NCBI GenBank assembly: GCA_010909165.1 | Contig: MU008151.1 | Location: 744,001 to 808,000, forward strand | Direction of reading: 5' to 3' | Length of the DNA stretch: 64,000 nucleotides | Source: Anthoceros angustus | Taxonomy: Eukaryota > Plantae > Anthocerotophyta | Shown: in pieces, positions 39,190-50,623 of the stretch | Layout: each line of letters starts with the position of its first letter | Position numbering within the stretch: position 1 is the first letter of the stretch | The notes under the pieces: model-generated | What the model was told of the DNA's origin: nothing | The model's database searches: none | The model's input: the letters and a program-made list of their open reading frames with translations, nothing else | Translations under genes and position numbers: made by a program

Positions 39190-42100
39190 ATGGATATACT
39201 AGGAAAAGCCTCCCTGTGGAAGAGCATGCCTGGCTGGAGATGCATCTTCCAGCGACAATCTTGGCCAGGACAGCTTTCACGTTGGTGGCAAAGCAGGCAA
39301 AGTAGGAAACAGGAGGTCCTCTGGTTGAACAACTTGGGTGGATATAATCCATCTTTGTTGGGTTCGGAGCTTGCTGTTCTGGATATACAGATGGGTCGTT
39401 GTGCCTCCGACCGGGGCTTACTGGATTTGCCTGCCCCTGACAGGCCTGCACGTTACGATAAGGGCGTGACGGCTGATACTGTGAGCAAACTATGTTATGA
39501 GGGCCATCTCAGTGAGGCTGTGGAGGCTTTGGAAGTTCTGGTGCAGACAGACCGTTTTATTTCCAGATCTCTCTTTTACGCTGTGCTGAAACAATGTGTG
39601 GTGAATAAGGATCTTGTGCTGGGTAGGCGGGTCCATGCTTTCACGGTTGAAAAGGGATATGAGTCAGACACGTTTCTGGGCAATCACATCCTGCGGATGT
39701 ATGCTTCTCATGGGAGGCTGCAAGACGCTATGCATGTATTTGAAGTGGTGGCCGAACCAGATGCCTTCATGTGGTCTTCCATCATTTCTGCGCATGTTAA
39801 ACACGGACAACACAGGCCGGCCATCCAGCTGTATCATCGTATGTCCAGGTCCGGTGTGAAGCCAGATGCCCATGTGTTTGTGGCCGCCCTTCAGGCTTGT
39901 GCAAAGGGAGCAGACTTGAAAACTGGGCAGCAGGTGCATGCTGATGTGATCGCCAGTGGCGTTGAGCCTGATTTGTTTGGTTGGAACTGCTTGCTGAACA
40001 TGTATGCAAAGTGTGGCAGCTTGCAAGATGCGCGAAGAGTTTTTGATTGTCTTCGTCACAAAGATGTGGTGACGTGGAATGCTATGATAGCAGGATATGC
40101 ACAGCAGGGCATGGGCCAGGAAGCCTTTTCTGTCTACAGTGCTATGCAAGTTGAAGGTGGGTGTGTGCCCGATTCTGTGACCTTTGTGTGCCTCCTGCAC
40201 GCATGTACGAGTGTGGGGAAACTAGCCTTGGAGAAGGGTAAGTATCTTCATGCCCAAATTAGACAATGTGGCCACCAAGATGATATGTCAGTAGGCAACA
40301 GCTTGGTGAACATGTACGCAAAATGTGGAAGCTTGGAACATGCCCGAGGAGTGTTTGACAGACTTTGTCAAAAGGATGTGGTAACGTGGACTGCCATGAT
40401 AGCAGCATATTCCCAGCAGGGCATGGGCCATGAAGCCCTTCATCTCTACAGTGATATGGAAGATGAAGGCGTTGCTGTACCTGATTCTGTGACTTTTTTG
40501 TGTCTCCTGCAGGCATGCTCAAGTGTGGGCACACAAGCGTTGGAGAAGGGGAAGCAACTTCACGCACAGATAAGAGAACGAGGACATGAAGGTGACGTGC
40601 TCATAGCCAGCAGTTTGGTAAACATGTATGCAAAGTGTGGCAGCTTGGAAGATGCGCAGAAAGTGTTTAACAGAATTGGTGACAAGAATGAGGTCACGTG
40701 GACTGCGATAATAGCAGGTTATTCCCAGCAGGGCATGGGCCAAGAAGCCCTCTGTCTTTACAGTGCTATGCGAGAGGAAGGCATGTGTGCACCCAATGCT
40801 ATGACATTTGTGTGCCTCCTCCAGGCATGTGCAAGTGTGGGCACGCCAGCATTGGAGATGGGAAAGCAGCTCCATGTGCAGATTAGAGAACGAGGACACC
40901 AAGCTGATGTGTTCGTAGGCAGCAGTGTGGTGAACATGTATGCCAAGTGTGGCAGCTTGGAGGACGCTCAGAGAGTGTTCAATGGGCTTGATCAAAAAAA
41001 TGTGGTCATCTGGAATGCCATGATAGCAGGATATTCACAGCAGGGCATGGGGCAGGAAGCCCTTCGTCTCTACAGTGCTATGCAGGAGGGAGGCACCACT
41101 GTGCCCAATTCAGTCACATTCGTGAGCCTCCTTCAGGCATGTGCAAGTCTGGGTACCCCAGCGCTGGAGAAGGGGAAACATCTTCATACGCAGATAAGAC
41201 AACAGGGACATCAAGCTGATGCCTTTGTGGTCAACAGTTTGGTGAACATGTACGCAAAGTGTGGCAGCTTGGAGGATGCTAAGAGATTGTTCGACGGACT
41301 TGGTAAAAAAGACGTGGGTGCGTGGACTGCCATGATAGCAGGATACGCGCAGCAGGGCATGGGCCACGAAGCTCTTCGTCTTTACACTGCTATGCAAGAA
41401 GAAGGCATGGCTGTACCCAATTCCGTCACATTTGTGTGCCTCCTGCAGGCATGTGCAGACGTGGCAGCCTTGCATGTGGGCAGGCAGCTACATGCAAAGA
41501 TTCTACAACAAGGACTTCAAGGTGATGTGTATGTTGCCGGAAGTTTGATCAACATGTATGGAAAGGTTGGCCGTATGGTTGACGCACAGCAGGTGTTTGA
41601 TAAGTTGCCCAAAAAAGACGTCGTCGCCTGGAGTGCACTGATTGCAGGCTACACCTGCCAAGGCAACACTGAAGTGGTCTTCGATCTAGTTCGAAGAATG
41701 CGAGAGGATGGCATGCTGCCAGACGGCATCACTTTCCTCAGTGTATTAGCAGTGTGTAGTCATGCGGGCCTAGTGAACAAGGGGTGGGAGTATTTTGAGA
41801 CTATGAGCAGGTACCACGGCATCATTCCCACGGAGGACCACTACGCATGTATGGTGGATCTCATGGGTCGTGCAGGGCAACTGGATGAGGCACTAGCTTT
41901 CGTAGAGACAATGCCTATGGAACCTAAAGCTGCAGTTTGGCACTCTTTGTTGGGTGCCTGTCAAAAGTGGAGTAAGGTGGAGGTAGGCCAACATGCTTTC
42001 AATGAAGCTGTGAAGCTAGACAAAAAAGATGCCACAGCACATGTGTTGATGTTGAACATATACATCGGTTCCCAGATGTGGGAGCACGCTCAGCAGATGC

Positions 42101-42249
42101 ATACGAGGAGAACAAGAATCAGGGCATGGAAGCAGCCAGGTCAGAGCTGGTGGACAGACGAGGACGGACTGGTGCACAGTTTTCTGGTTGGGGATGAGAA
42201 GCTTCCGCAGAGTCCACCACAGCCGAAGCAGGCATCTGTTCCAACATGA
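39190..42249 (+). CDS. PLS-class PPR protein E (23 PPR motifs by manual count, E1-E2, truncated DYW:WW); candidate C-to-U editing specificity factor
   Basis: Intact 1019-aa ORF ending WKQPGQSWWTDEDGLVHSFLVGDEKLPQS. Confidence 0.93.
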   Translation: MDILGKASLWKSMPGWRCIFQRQSWPGQLSRWWQSRQSRKQEVLWLNNLGGYNPSLLGSELAVLDIQMGRCASDRGLLDLPAPDRPARYDKGVTADTVSKLCYEGHLSEAVEALEVLVQTDRFISRSLFYAVLKQCVVNKDLVLGRRVHAFTVEKGYESDTFLGNHILRMYASHGRLQDAMHVFEVVAEPDAFMWSSIISAHVKHGQHRPAIQLYHRMSRSGVKPDAHVFVAALQACAKGADLKTGQQVHADVIASGVEPDLFGWNCLLNMYAKCGSLQDARRVFDCLRHKDVVTWNAMIAGYAQQGMGQEAFSVYSAMQVEGGCVPDSVTFVCLLHACTSVGKLALEKGKYLHAQIRQCGHQDDMSVGNSLVNMYAKCGSLEHARGVFDRLCQKDVVTWTAMIAAYSQQGMGHEALHLYSDMEDEGVAVPDSVTFLCLLQACSSVGTQALEKGKQLHAQIRERGHEGDVLIASSLVNMYAKCGSLEDAQKVFNRIGDKNEVTWTAIIAGYSQQGMGQEALCLYSAMREEGMCAPNAMTFVCLLQACASVGTPALEMGKQLHVQIRERGHQADVFVGSSVVNMYAKCGSLEDAQRVFNGLDQKNVVIWNAMIAGYSQQGMGQEALRLYSAMQEGGTTVPNSVTFVSLLQACASLGTPALEKGKHLHTQIRQQGHQADAFVVNSLVNMYAKCGSLEDAKRLFDGLGKKDVGAWTAMIAGYAQQGMGHEALRLYTAMQEEGMAVPNSVTFVCLLQACADVAALHVGRQLHAKILQQGLQGDVYVAGSLINMYGKVGRMVDAQQVFDKLPKKDVVAWSALIAGYTCQGNTEVVFDLVRRMREDGMLPDGITFLSVLAVCSHAGLVNKGWEYFETMSRYHGIIPTEDHYACMVDLMGRAGQLDEALAFVETMPMEPKAAVWHSLLGACQKWSKVEVGQHAFNEAVKLDKKDATAHVLMLNIYIGSQMWEHAQQMHTRRTRIRAWKQPGQSWWTDEDGLVHSFLVGDEKLPQSPPQPKQASVPT

Positions 42250-42814
42250 AGGAGAAAGGCGTTGTTCAGATTTCAGAACTCTCATCCTTTCGAGGGTGTG
42301 TTTTGTTCGTGCCTGCCCTTGGAAGTCGGCAATCATGTCAAGGCGTTACGATTCCAGGACAACCATCTTCTGACAACCAGTTCACTTTAGCAAACTCTTT
42401 GTCTGCGAAGGGACGGAGAGTTTGCTTATCGAGGGAGGAGACGAAAAAGAGCAGCGGTCCAGTCTTTCAAACTGTAGATATTGATAAAAGCCCACGGTAA
42501 CCGAGAAAGGACGAGGATAGTCTTCCTAAGACTGGTAAAAGGCGCGATGTGGACTCTGTACAAGGACGAGCCAGTAGTAGCCAAACTCTTACGCCCTTCC
42601 CAGATCAAGAACGGAGGAGGTGGGCTCTTGCGGATCTTGGAACAGAAGAGTTCAGAGGAAAACCTCATAAAGGGAAGGGCTGTTTAACCTCCGGCAATGA
42701 CATGTCCCTGGCTTCGATGCAAGTCGTACTTGGGCCTCCCCGGACGTGAGACATATGTACTTAGGCTCCCCATGACGTGAGACATACCTAGACCTCCCAG
42801 AACGTGAGACATAC

Positions 42815-45580
42815 TTAGGCCTCCTGTACCCACGTAGTCTTTTTCACCTCTTGAGCACAAGAGTTTGCCACGAATCGGACAAGGGACCCTGCTTGGCTGC
42901 AGGGATCTCTCTCATCCCCAACCACAAAACTATGCACCAGCCCGTCCAGGTCTGTCCACCAGCTCTGACCTGCCTGCTTCCATGCCTTAATGCTTTTTCT
43001 TCTAGCCTGCATGTCCTGCGCCTCCTCCCACATCTGGGCACTGGTGTATATGTTGGACATCAACACATATGCTGCAGCATCTTTGTTGTCCAGCTTCACT
43101 GCTTCGTTGAAAGCATGGCATCCCACCTTCACGTTGCTCCACTTCCTACAAGCACCTAACAGGGTGTGCCACACTGTACTATTCGGCACTACTGGCATGG
43201 ATCTCACCAAAGCTAGTGCCTCCTCCAGTTGCCCTGCACGGCCCAGGAGATCCACCATGCATGTGTAGTGGTCCACCGTGGGCGAGATGGCGTAGTGTGT
43301 TCTCATCAAGTCGAAGCACTCCCACCCCTTCTTCACCAGGCCGGCATGACTGCATACTGTAAGCAAACTCAGGAAGGTGATGCCGTCTGGCCGAACGCCA
43401 TCCCCACTCATCCTCTTCACTAAATCAAACACCACTTCACTGTCTCCTTGAGAAGTGTAGCCTGCAATCAGTGCACTCCAGGCGACAACGTCTCGTTCAG
43501 GTGACTCATCAAACACCTGATGTGCATCAACCATGCTCCCGCACTTTCCATACATGTTTATCAAACTGCCGGCTACAAACAAATCGGCTTGGAGCCCTTG
43601 TGCTTTGATCTGCGCGTGTAGTTGCCTTCCCAGGTACAAAGCTGCCACATTTCCGCATGCTTGCAGAAGGCACACAAATGTGACGGAATCAGGCACAGCC
43701 ATGCCTTCTTCTAGCATAGCTCTGTAGAGTCGAAGGGCTTCCTGGCCCATGCCCTGCTGGGAATACCCTGCTATCATGGCATTCCAGGTGACAACATTCC
43801 TCTTACCAAGTTCATGAAACAGTCTCTGTGCGTCGTCCAACCTGCCACATTTTGCATACATGTTCACCAAACTGTTTGCTACAAAGACGTCGGCTTCAAG
43901 TCCTCGTTCTCGAATCTGCGTATGAAGCTGCTTTCCCTTCTCCAAAGCTGGGGTCCCAACTATCGCACACGCCTGCAGGAGGCACAAAAAAGTCACGGAA
44001 TCGGGAACAGCAATTCCCTCTTGTTGCATAGCACTGTAGAGAAGGAGGGCTTCATGGCCCATGCCCTGCTGGGAATATCCGGCTATCATCGCAGTCCATG
44101 TCACCACATTTTTTTCACGAAGTCCATCAAATAATCTTTGAGCGCGTTCTAAGCTGCCACACTTTGCATACATGTTCACCAAACTGCTGACTACGAACAC
44201 ATCAGCCTGATATCCCCGTTCCCTGATGTGCTGATGAAAGTGCTTACCGGTCTCTAACGCCGGCTTGCCGACACTGGCACATGCCTGTAAGAGGCATACA
44301 AATGTGACGGAATTGGGTACAGTCATGCCGTCTTCCTGCATAGCACTGTAGAGACGAAGGGCTTCATGGCCCATACCTTGCTGGGAATATCCTGCTATCA
44401 TGGCAGTCCAGGTGACCACATCTTTTTGTCGAAGACCATCGAACACTCTATGTGCATCTTGCAAGCTGCCGCACTTTGCATACATGTTCACCAAACAGTT
44501 GGCAAGAACCACATCAGCTTCAAGTCCTCGTTCTCTGATTTGCGCATGAAGATTCTTTCCCTTCTCCAAGGCCAAGTTGCCCAAACTTGCACACGCCTGC
44601 AGCAGGCCCAGAAATGTCACTGGAGTGGGTACAGCCATGCCCTCTTCTTGCATAGCACTGTGGAGACGAAGGGCTTTCAGCCCCATGCCTTGCTGCGAAT
44701 ATCCTGCTATCATGACATTCCAAGTCACAACATCCTTTTGCCCAAGTCCATCAAACACTCTCTCAGCGTCTTCCAAGCTACTACACTTCGCATACATGCT
44801 CACCAAGCAGTTACCGAGCAGCAAATCAGGCTCGATGCCACTGGCCAACATGTCCGCATGCACCTGCTGCCCAGATCTCAAGTCTGACACCCTTAAACAA
44901 GCCTGAAGGGCTGCCACAAACACATGCCCATCTGGCTCCACACTGGACCTGCGCATCCGGTGATACAGTCGTATGGCCTGCTTATCCTGCCCGTGCTTCA
45001 CATGCGAAGAAATGATGGCAGACCACGTGAAGGCATCTGGTTTGCCAACCACCTCAAACACATCCATCGCGTCTTGCAACCTGCCATGAGAAGCATACAT
45101 TCTCAGAATATGAAAGCCCAGGAAAGAGTCTGCCTGGTACCCCTTTCTCACCGTGCAAGCATGGACGCGCCTGCCCAGAAATAGATCCTTCTTCGCTACA
45201 CATTTCTTCAGGACTGCGTAAAAGATAGATTTGGAAATACAACGGTCTGTCTGCACCAGAACTTCCAAAGCCTCAACAGCCTCAGTGAGACGGCCCAAAT
45301 GACATAGCTTGCTCACGGTTTCAGCCGTAACGCCACTCTCCACACCTGCAGACCTATCCACAGCAGCAAGACATTCCATTGGACGGGCTGGCTTTCTGGC
45401 CAAGTTGCTGCACCTCCCAAATTGCTTGTGTGCCAAGGCTTGGTCCCTTGAAGTCAGGCGACCGGGGGTCCTTCCCAGCATTTCCGTGAACCCACCAATC
45501 TGTTGGGTCCATGAGACAGGTGCCCGCAACGGGTCCTGTTGCCCTTTACCTGTCTCTATTACAAGGCTCCAGACAGCCAT
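42815..45580 (-). CDS. PLS-class PPR protein F (20 PPR motifs by manual count, E1-E2, truncated DYW:WW)
   Basis: Intact 921-aa ORF ending WKQAGQSWWTDLDGLVHSFVVGDERDP. Confidence 0.93.
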   Translation of the reverse strand: MAVWSLVIETGKGQQDPLRAPVSWTQQIGGFTEMLGRTPGRLTSRDQALAHKQFGRCSNLARKPARPMECLAAVDRSAGVESGVTAETVSKLCHLGRLTEAVEALEVLVQTDRCISKSIFYAVLKKCVAKKDLFLGRRVHACTVRKGYQADSFLGFHILRMYASHGRLQDAMDVFEVVGKPDAFTWSAIISSHVKHGQDKQAIRLYHRMRRSSVEPDGHVFVAALQACLRVSDLRSGQQVHADMLASGIEPDLLLGNCLVSMYAKCSSLEDAERVFDGLGQKDVVTWNVMIAGYSQQGMGLKALRLHSAMQEEGMAVPTPVTFLGLLQACASLGNLALEKGKNLHAQIRERGLEADVVLANCLVNMYAKCGSLQDAHRVFDGLRQKDVVTWTAMIAGYSQQGMGHEALRLYSAMQEDGMTVPNSVTFVCLLQACASVGKPALETGKHFHQHIRERGYQADVFVVSSLVNMYAKCGSLERAQRLFDGLREKNVVTWTAMIAGYSQQGMGHEALLLYSAMQQEGIAVPDSVTFLCLLQACAIVGTPALEKGKQLHTQIRERGLEADVFVANSLVNMYAKCGRLDDAQRLFHELGKRNVVTWNAMIAGYSQQGMGQEALRLYRAMLEEGMAVPDSVTFVCLLQACGNVAALYLGRQLHAQIKAQGLQADLFVAGSLINMYGKCGSMVDAHQVFDESPERDVVAWSALIAGYTSQGDSEVVFDLVKRMSGDGVRPDGITFLSLLTVCSHAGLVKKGWECFDLMRTHYAISPTVDHYTCMVDLLGRAGQLEEALALVRSMPVVPNSTVWHTLLGACRKWSNVKVGCHAFNEAVKLDNKDAAAYVLMSNIYTSAQMWEEAQDMQARRKSIKAWKQAGQSWWTDLDGLVHSFVVGDERDPCSQAGSLVRFVANSCAQEVKKTTWVQEA

Positions 45581-45819
45581 GAAGTGGAGCAGCAGACTTC
45601 ACCTCTTGCGTAGACGAGAGTCCACTGTGCAGGGTTCAAGAAAAGGTCCTGCAACAAGTTTTCCTGCCTTTTCCTTCTTCATGGTGCTGTCATCAGAAGC
45701 AGCTGCGAGTGCCTCACACCACCAATCTAGATTGGTTGGCAGCTGCAGGGCACAACTCTTGCGAGCTGCCACATCCATTTTCCTCTTCTTCTGTTCAGCT
45801 GCAACACTGGCACCTGCTT

Positions 45820-46245
45820 TCCGGAGGGGCACAGTTTGACATTATAGGCAAGAGTCATGCTCTCCTGTTTCATAGCTGCATAAAGCTTGAGGGCTTCCGT
45901 AATGACCATACCCTCCTATATTTGCATTCCATGTCATCCATGTTATCTGGTGGATCTGTTCACGGAGGGTATCATCCACCAGTCAGTTGCCAACACAACG
46001 CCAATACTACCTTCCGATCCTTCCTCCTCCAAGCTCCTTCCCGTGACCCGAGGAATAACTCTTGACCAAGCTTGAATCTGAGCATATCCTTCCTCAATCC
46101 TGTAGGCGAATGGTTGCTCGAACACTGCACGACATCCCATAACCTGCCACATTCTGCACACACATCCACTACGCAGGTTCCACCAATCAAATCAGCTCCT
46201 AGTACATCTTTCTGAATCACCTGAAGCTGCTTTTCACAATGCAAT
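45820..46245 (-). pseudogene. Degenerate PPR fragment
   Basis: KQLQVIQKDVLGADLIGGTCVVDVCAECGRL and EALKLYAAMKQESM in broken frames. Confidence 0.55.
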
Positions 46246-46734
46246 CTCCACGGATATTACAGGTCATGACAAGTAACGAAAAACGTCACCATCAGCTCCA
46301 CTGAAACTGATCCTCACATGTTCTGCCCATCCCGGAGAAGCATCATATAAGAGTTCTATGGTTGGTTGAGAAACGCTGGGCGCAAATTCAGGCAAGCTGG
46401 GCTAGGACTGAAGAACAGGTCCCTCTCTGATTCCTTCACCATCAAAGCTCATTCCACAAAGGTGCTAAATACTGCATAGGTATCCCTTCCTCACTGATAC
46501 ATCGAAGGTTTTGAAGCAAATTAGGGAACGAAGGCTTAAACGCAAAACAGGACATCAAGCCCAGAATACCTACAGTGCTTTGTTTAGGGGGACTAAGATT
46601 TTACGAAGAATAGGTAGACTCTTTCCGTAGTGCGTATAGTGTCTCCACTAAAAACCCCTCCTGGTTCCGATTCCAGTCGACAAGACGGTGTCGTCTTAGC
46701 AGGAAGCGAGTGGTTTCCTCCGTGTCGTGTGGCC

Positions 46735-47535
46735 ATGGCTGAAACTGCGCCAAAGCCGGGTGCAAGCGAGGCGAAGCTGGATGGCCCGCAAGACCCGGCT
46801 TTGGTTGGCAAGAACTTGATTGGGATCATAGCAGACGAGGTACCGGCTAGCGCGCAATTTTCGTGGTTCAATCTGTGTGCTAACTATTTTCACGTGGTGC
46901 TGCGTATGCGAGGAAGCTGAAATTGACTTTCTGCAGGACACCGTCACCGGATTTCTCCTAGTTGGAGTCGGTAATGTAGATGTCCGGAGGAAAACGAACT
47001 ACCTGGTTGTGGATTCAAGTGAGCCAGCTCATATTCATGCTGTGTACTACTACTTGTGGCTCCTTCTCCTACACTAGGCCAGATCTCGAGGTTTGAGCTT
47101 CAAAAATCTGCAAATGCTGAATCTCTGGTTGTGAATGTGGATGCAGAGACACCTCTGAAAGCTATCGAGGACGCATTCAAGGAGTTCACTAACCGAAGCG
47201 ACCTGGCAATCCTGTTGATCAGCCAACATGTGAGCTAGACCTAAACCTATTCCGGATTCCTCAAACCAGCAGGCATCTACAAAGGTCTCTTCACCCTCTC
47301 TCTCTCTCTCTCTGCCTTTGAATCTTACTGTTGTCCTTGTGCCTTGGTTTCTGTGCTCTTCTTCCAGATTGCCAACTTGATTCGCTACCAGATCGACAGC
47401 TACAACAAGGTCTTTCCTGCAATTCTAGAAATTCCTTCCAAGGATCATCCTTACGACCCCACTCAAGATTCCATTCTTGCTCGAGCCAAGAACATGATTT
47501 CAAGTGATTCAAGTGCCTCTGCTGGCCGAGGCTGA
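46735..47535 (+). CDS. VHA-F: V-type proton ATPase subunit F, 4 exons
   Basis: LIGIIADE|DTVTGFLLVGVGNVDVRRKTNYLVVDS|KTPLKAIEDAFKEFT.R.DLAILLISQH|IANLIR...PAILEIPSKDHPYDP; GT-AG introns. Confidence 0.95.
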
Positions 47536-48918
47536 TGATGTGCGGTCTGTAGCAAGAAGAACCTTCAACTGTATGTATTATTTCTCATCATTTTCCACGA
47601 GAGTCCATCCCTGGTCGTGACTGTTGTGGCGTGGCACAAGAGACACACTCCCGGCATGTGTGATTTCAGTTGTGATGCCTAGGTGACTGGTTAACTCATC
47701 AGTGAGCACCGGCACGGTGCACCCGAGTTACACATGTGTATGCAAGGGTTGCAGTAGTCACGCCTGGTTGGTGGACTACCTTATAATTATTGTGCTGTAA
47801 AGCTTATCACGGCCGGAATGTTTGTCCAGGGCTACAGTTCCATGCTCCTGCCGAAGGCGGGCCCGCGGCTGTGCTGACACCGCACCGCTGCCGAAGCGAG
47901 CGCCACGGGGAGCCCCGCCGTCTGCTGACACCTGGCGCAGGGTGCACGCCAGCTCGACGCACCCTGCGCCGCGTCAGCTCGGACCGCATGCTGCTGGCGA
48001 GGCCAGCACGCAGGGAGCGGTCGGCGGCGCGTGGCCGCGCCCTGGAGAAGGCGTGGGGTGCGGGCGACCGGTCGCCGGGTCGCGCCGGGGACAAAGCGGT
48101 TAGAACATTCCCTCTCACGTCATTGTTTTTGTGAGCGTGCCCGCTGCCCAGGCGCCTGGTTGCCTGGTTGCCTGGTTGCCTGGCCTGGCAGACTGCAACA
48201 AACCGAGACCGTCGACTCGACTTGCTTTCCTGCTTTCCTGCTCTGTTGCTGCCGTTCCTGCTGCAGCACGCCAGGCAGCCAATCAGTCTGCTTCACGACC
48301 CAACCCAATCCCCTCTACTACCACCCACTATATATCACCCACAGAACCTGTCTACCTGCGTGTTGTTGTCTGCTTGCGCACTGCTGCCCCTGCCGAGCCT
48401 CCTCACCACCTCTGCTGCCCCTGCCTTCTCTTCAACGTGTAAGTTGCTCGCTCTGTATCCCATGATTTGTCAGTACTGCAATTCATTACTGTTTGCGGCA
48501 TCGGGTCTGTGTTACTATTCCAGCTCCAGGAGGGATCATGCCGCACGCAACACCTTGCTGTGGTATTCTTGTCTGGGTATTAGAAGGGAGTGAATCCCTT
48601 GCCAGCATAGTACTTGACCTCGCCTTGCCCTGTCCTCGGAAGTGTTAATTTGCCGTATGCATCTCCTGTGCGTGTGACTCTGTCCCTTCAGCCGGCCCTC
48701 TCTCTATGTGTGTACCGGTTCATGCATCCTTTGCCTGCGAGGCAGCTGCCTTGGTGATTGTTGTATAGATACCAGGCCTCCCGCCCTGCTCTGACAGTTC
48801 AATCAAGTTCGAGAGCCAGTCTGTGCTGCCTGCCCCGCTGTGCCGGAATCCGATCCTGACGGGATTCCTGTGTCTGCTTTTTTCTGGCAGCTGCGAGGTC
48901 TAAGCGAGGGGAGCAGAT

Positions 48919-50623
48919 ATGGCCACCGACGCGGCGGTGCTTCTTGTCACTGATGTTGCCGCTCTTCCGGCAAGGGTTGTGCTGTGGGCCGTGGGAGCTT
49001 TTCAGGATAACCTGGGACCCGGCAAGGACGTGGCTGTCATCACCCAAGCAAGTGGTGAGCTGCTGCAAGCCGTGACTGTGGAGTTCGGTTTCTGTTTCCG
49101 TCTTGTTTGTATGGCGTTGGTGCTGAGAGTGGATTTGTTGGGCAGGAGTGGAGTTGAAGGTGGCGGCGGGGTCGGTGGATGTGTTTGTCTCCCTGGCTGA
49201 GACTCCTGGCTACCATTCGGCAGCAAGGCTCAATGAAATCGTTAAGGTTATGAGGCCAGGCGGCACTCTTGTAGTTCAGGAGCCCCTGGCAAAGAGAACT
49301 GTATCGAAGGAGGAAGCCGATGTAAGTTCTGTTGGTTTGATGTTTGGCTGTTGCAGGTGCAACAAGGTGTGGCACTGACCGGTTGGGGTATTGCAGACAC
49401 TTGGACTTTCAGTGCAGACCCAAGCTGGCCTGGAGCGGAATCTGCTGCTTGCTGGGTTCGTTGAGGCTAGGGTTGATGAGTCGATTGAGGGAGTGGGACT
49501 TGCGGCCGCAGTTTCTGCGATTTCATCTGATCTGTTCGAGCAAGTTGCTGTAAGTCTCCTAGCTCACCTGTTCACCCTCATCGTGCAGCTTTCTGGATGC
49601 AGATTTAGTTGTTGGGTGATGCTGCAGCTGAAGCATAACACGCAACGTGCCATGAAGTAAGTAGGAGTACGTGTTAGGATCCATGTTTGCAGTTGAATTT
49701 GGTTAGCTCACCACGACGTTTCTGTGACTTGTCTCAGGTGAGAGTGCATAAGCCTAGATGGACAACAGGGCAGTCCTTTGGGTTGAAGAAGACCAGTGCA
49801 AAGAAGGGTAGGTGTAGTGAGTGCTTAGTCGGAATTCAGTGCAATTTGCATGTGAGGGCATCTGTTGAATGTTTCATGTGGATCCTTGTGACAGCCGTGA
49901 AAAGTAACGGAGCAGCTGTAAGGTTGGCTTCGGAGGAGATGAATGAGTTGAACTTTGACTTCAAGCCTCCGACACCGAATGGGTCATCTTTGTGGAAGGT
50001 GGCTGACAAAGATGTTGACGAAGAGTTGGTCGACGAGGATGAGCTCTTGACAGAGGAAGACCGGAAACCTCCTGTTGTACCATGTAGGTGATCTTGGGTT
50101 GTGGTGGATCCATCTGGTTCTCATGGACTTTTGAAGTGCCTTACACTGGGTGATCTTGGTTTGTGCAGCATCTGATGACTGCGAGGTTGGTAAGGCTGGG
50201 AAGAAAGCTTGCAAGAATTGCACTTGTGGCCGAGCTGAGCTTGAAGAGGCAGAGGAAAGCGGAAAACTCTCAGCTGCCCAGCTGAACAACCCGAAATCGG
50301 CCTGTGGAAGCGTGAGTAACGGGGCTTTCACCCAAGCTCGAATGCAGTCTCACTTGCTCCCGACACATATCTCACTGTGCTTTTGTCTATGTGCAGTGTG
50401 GTCTTGGAGATGCCTTCCGTTGCAGGAGTTGCCCTTACAGGGGATTGCCGCCTTTTCAGCTAGGGGAGAAGGTACACGTCATGTTTGTCTGAGCTTGTGC
50501 CTCACCCGGTTGGTGAGCTTGTACAAGGGGCTCCTGACCAGGCGATTCAGGTGCTAATGTTGAGTCTTGGATGTTTTGTTGCAGATTTCTCTGACCGGAT
50601 CATTGCTGACAGCTGACGTTTGA
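48919..50623 (+). CDS. DRE2: Anamorsin / DRE2 (cytosolic Fe-S assembly), multi-exon
   Basis: Methyltransferase-like N-terminus ([21 protein letters not shown]), acidic linker [13 protein letters not shown], Fe-S motifs [18 protein letters not shown] and [25 protein letters not shown]. Confidence 0.93.

Noticed and set aside
38960-39202. OSB SSB-like OB-fold upstream of gene E (i.e. whole-OSB fusion)
   Set aside because: No OB-fold-like motifs recognised; only the PDF motif is supported in these genes.
39614-45839. Many antisense and alternate-frame ORFs within PPR genes
   Set aside because: Shadow frames of repetitive coding sequence with no independent motifs.
47790-48593. Overlapping ORFs in a GC-rich island
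   Set aside because: Low-complexity Arg/Ala/Cys translations on both strands; more likely promoter or 5' UTR sequence of DRE2.
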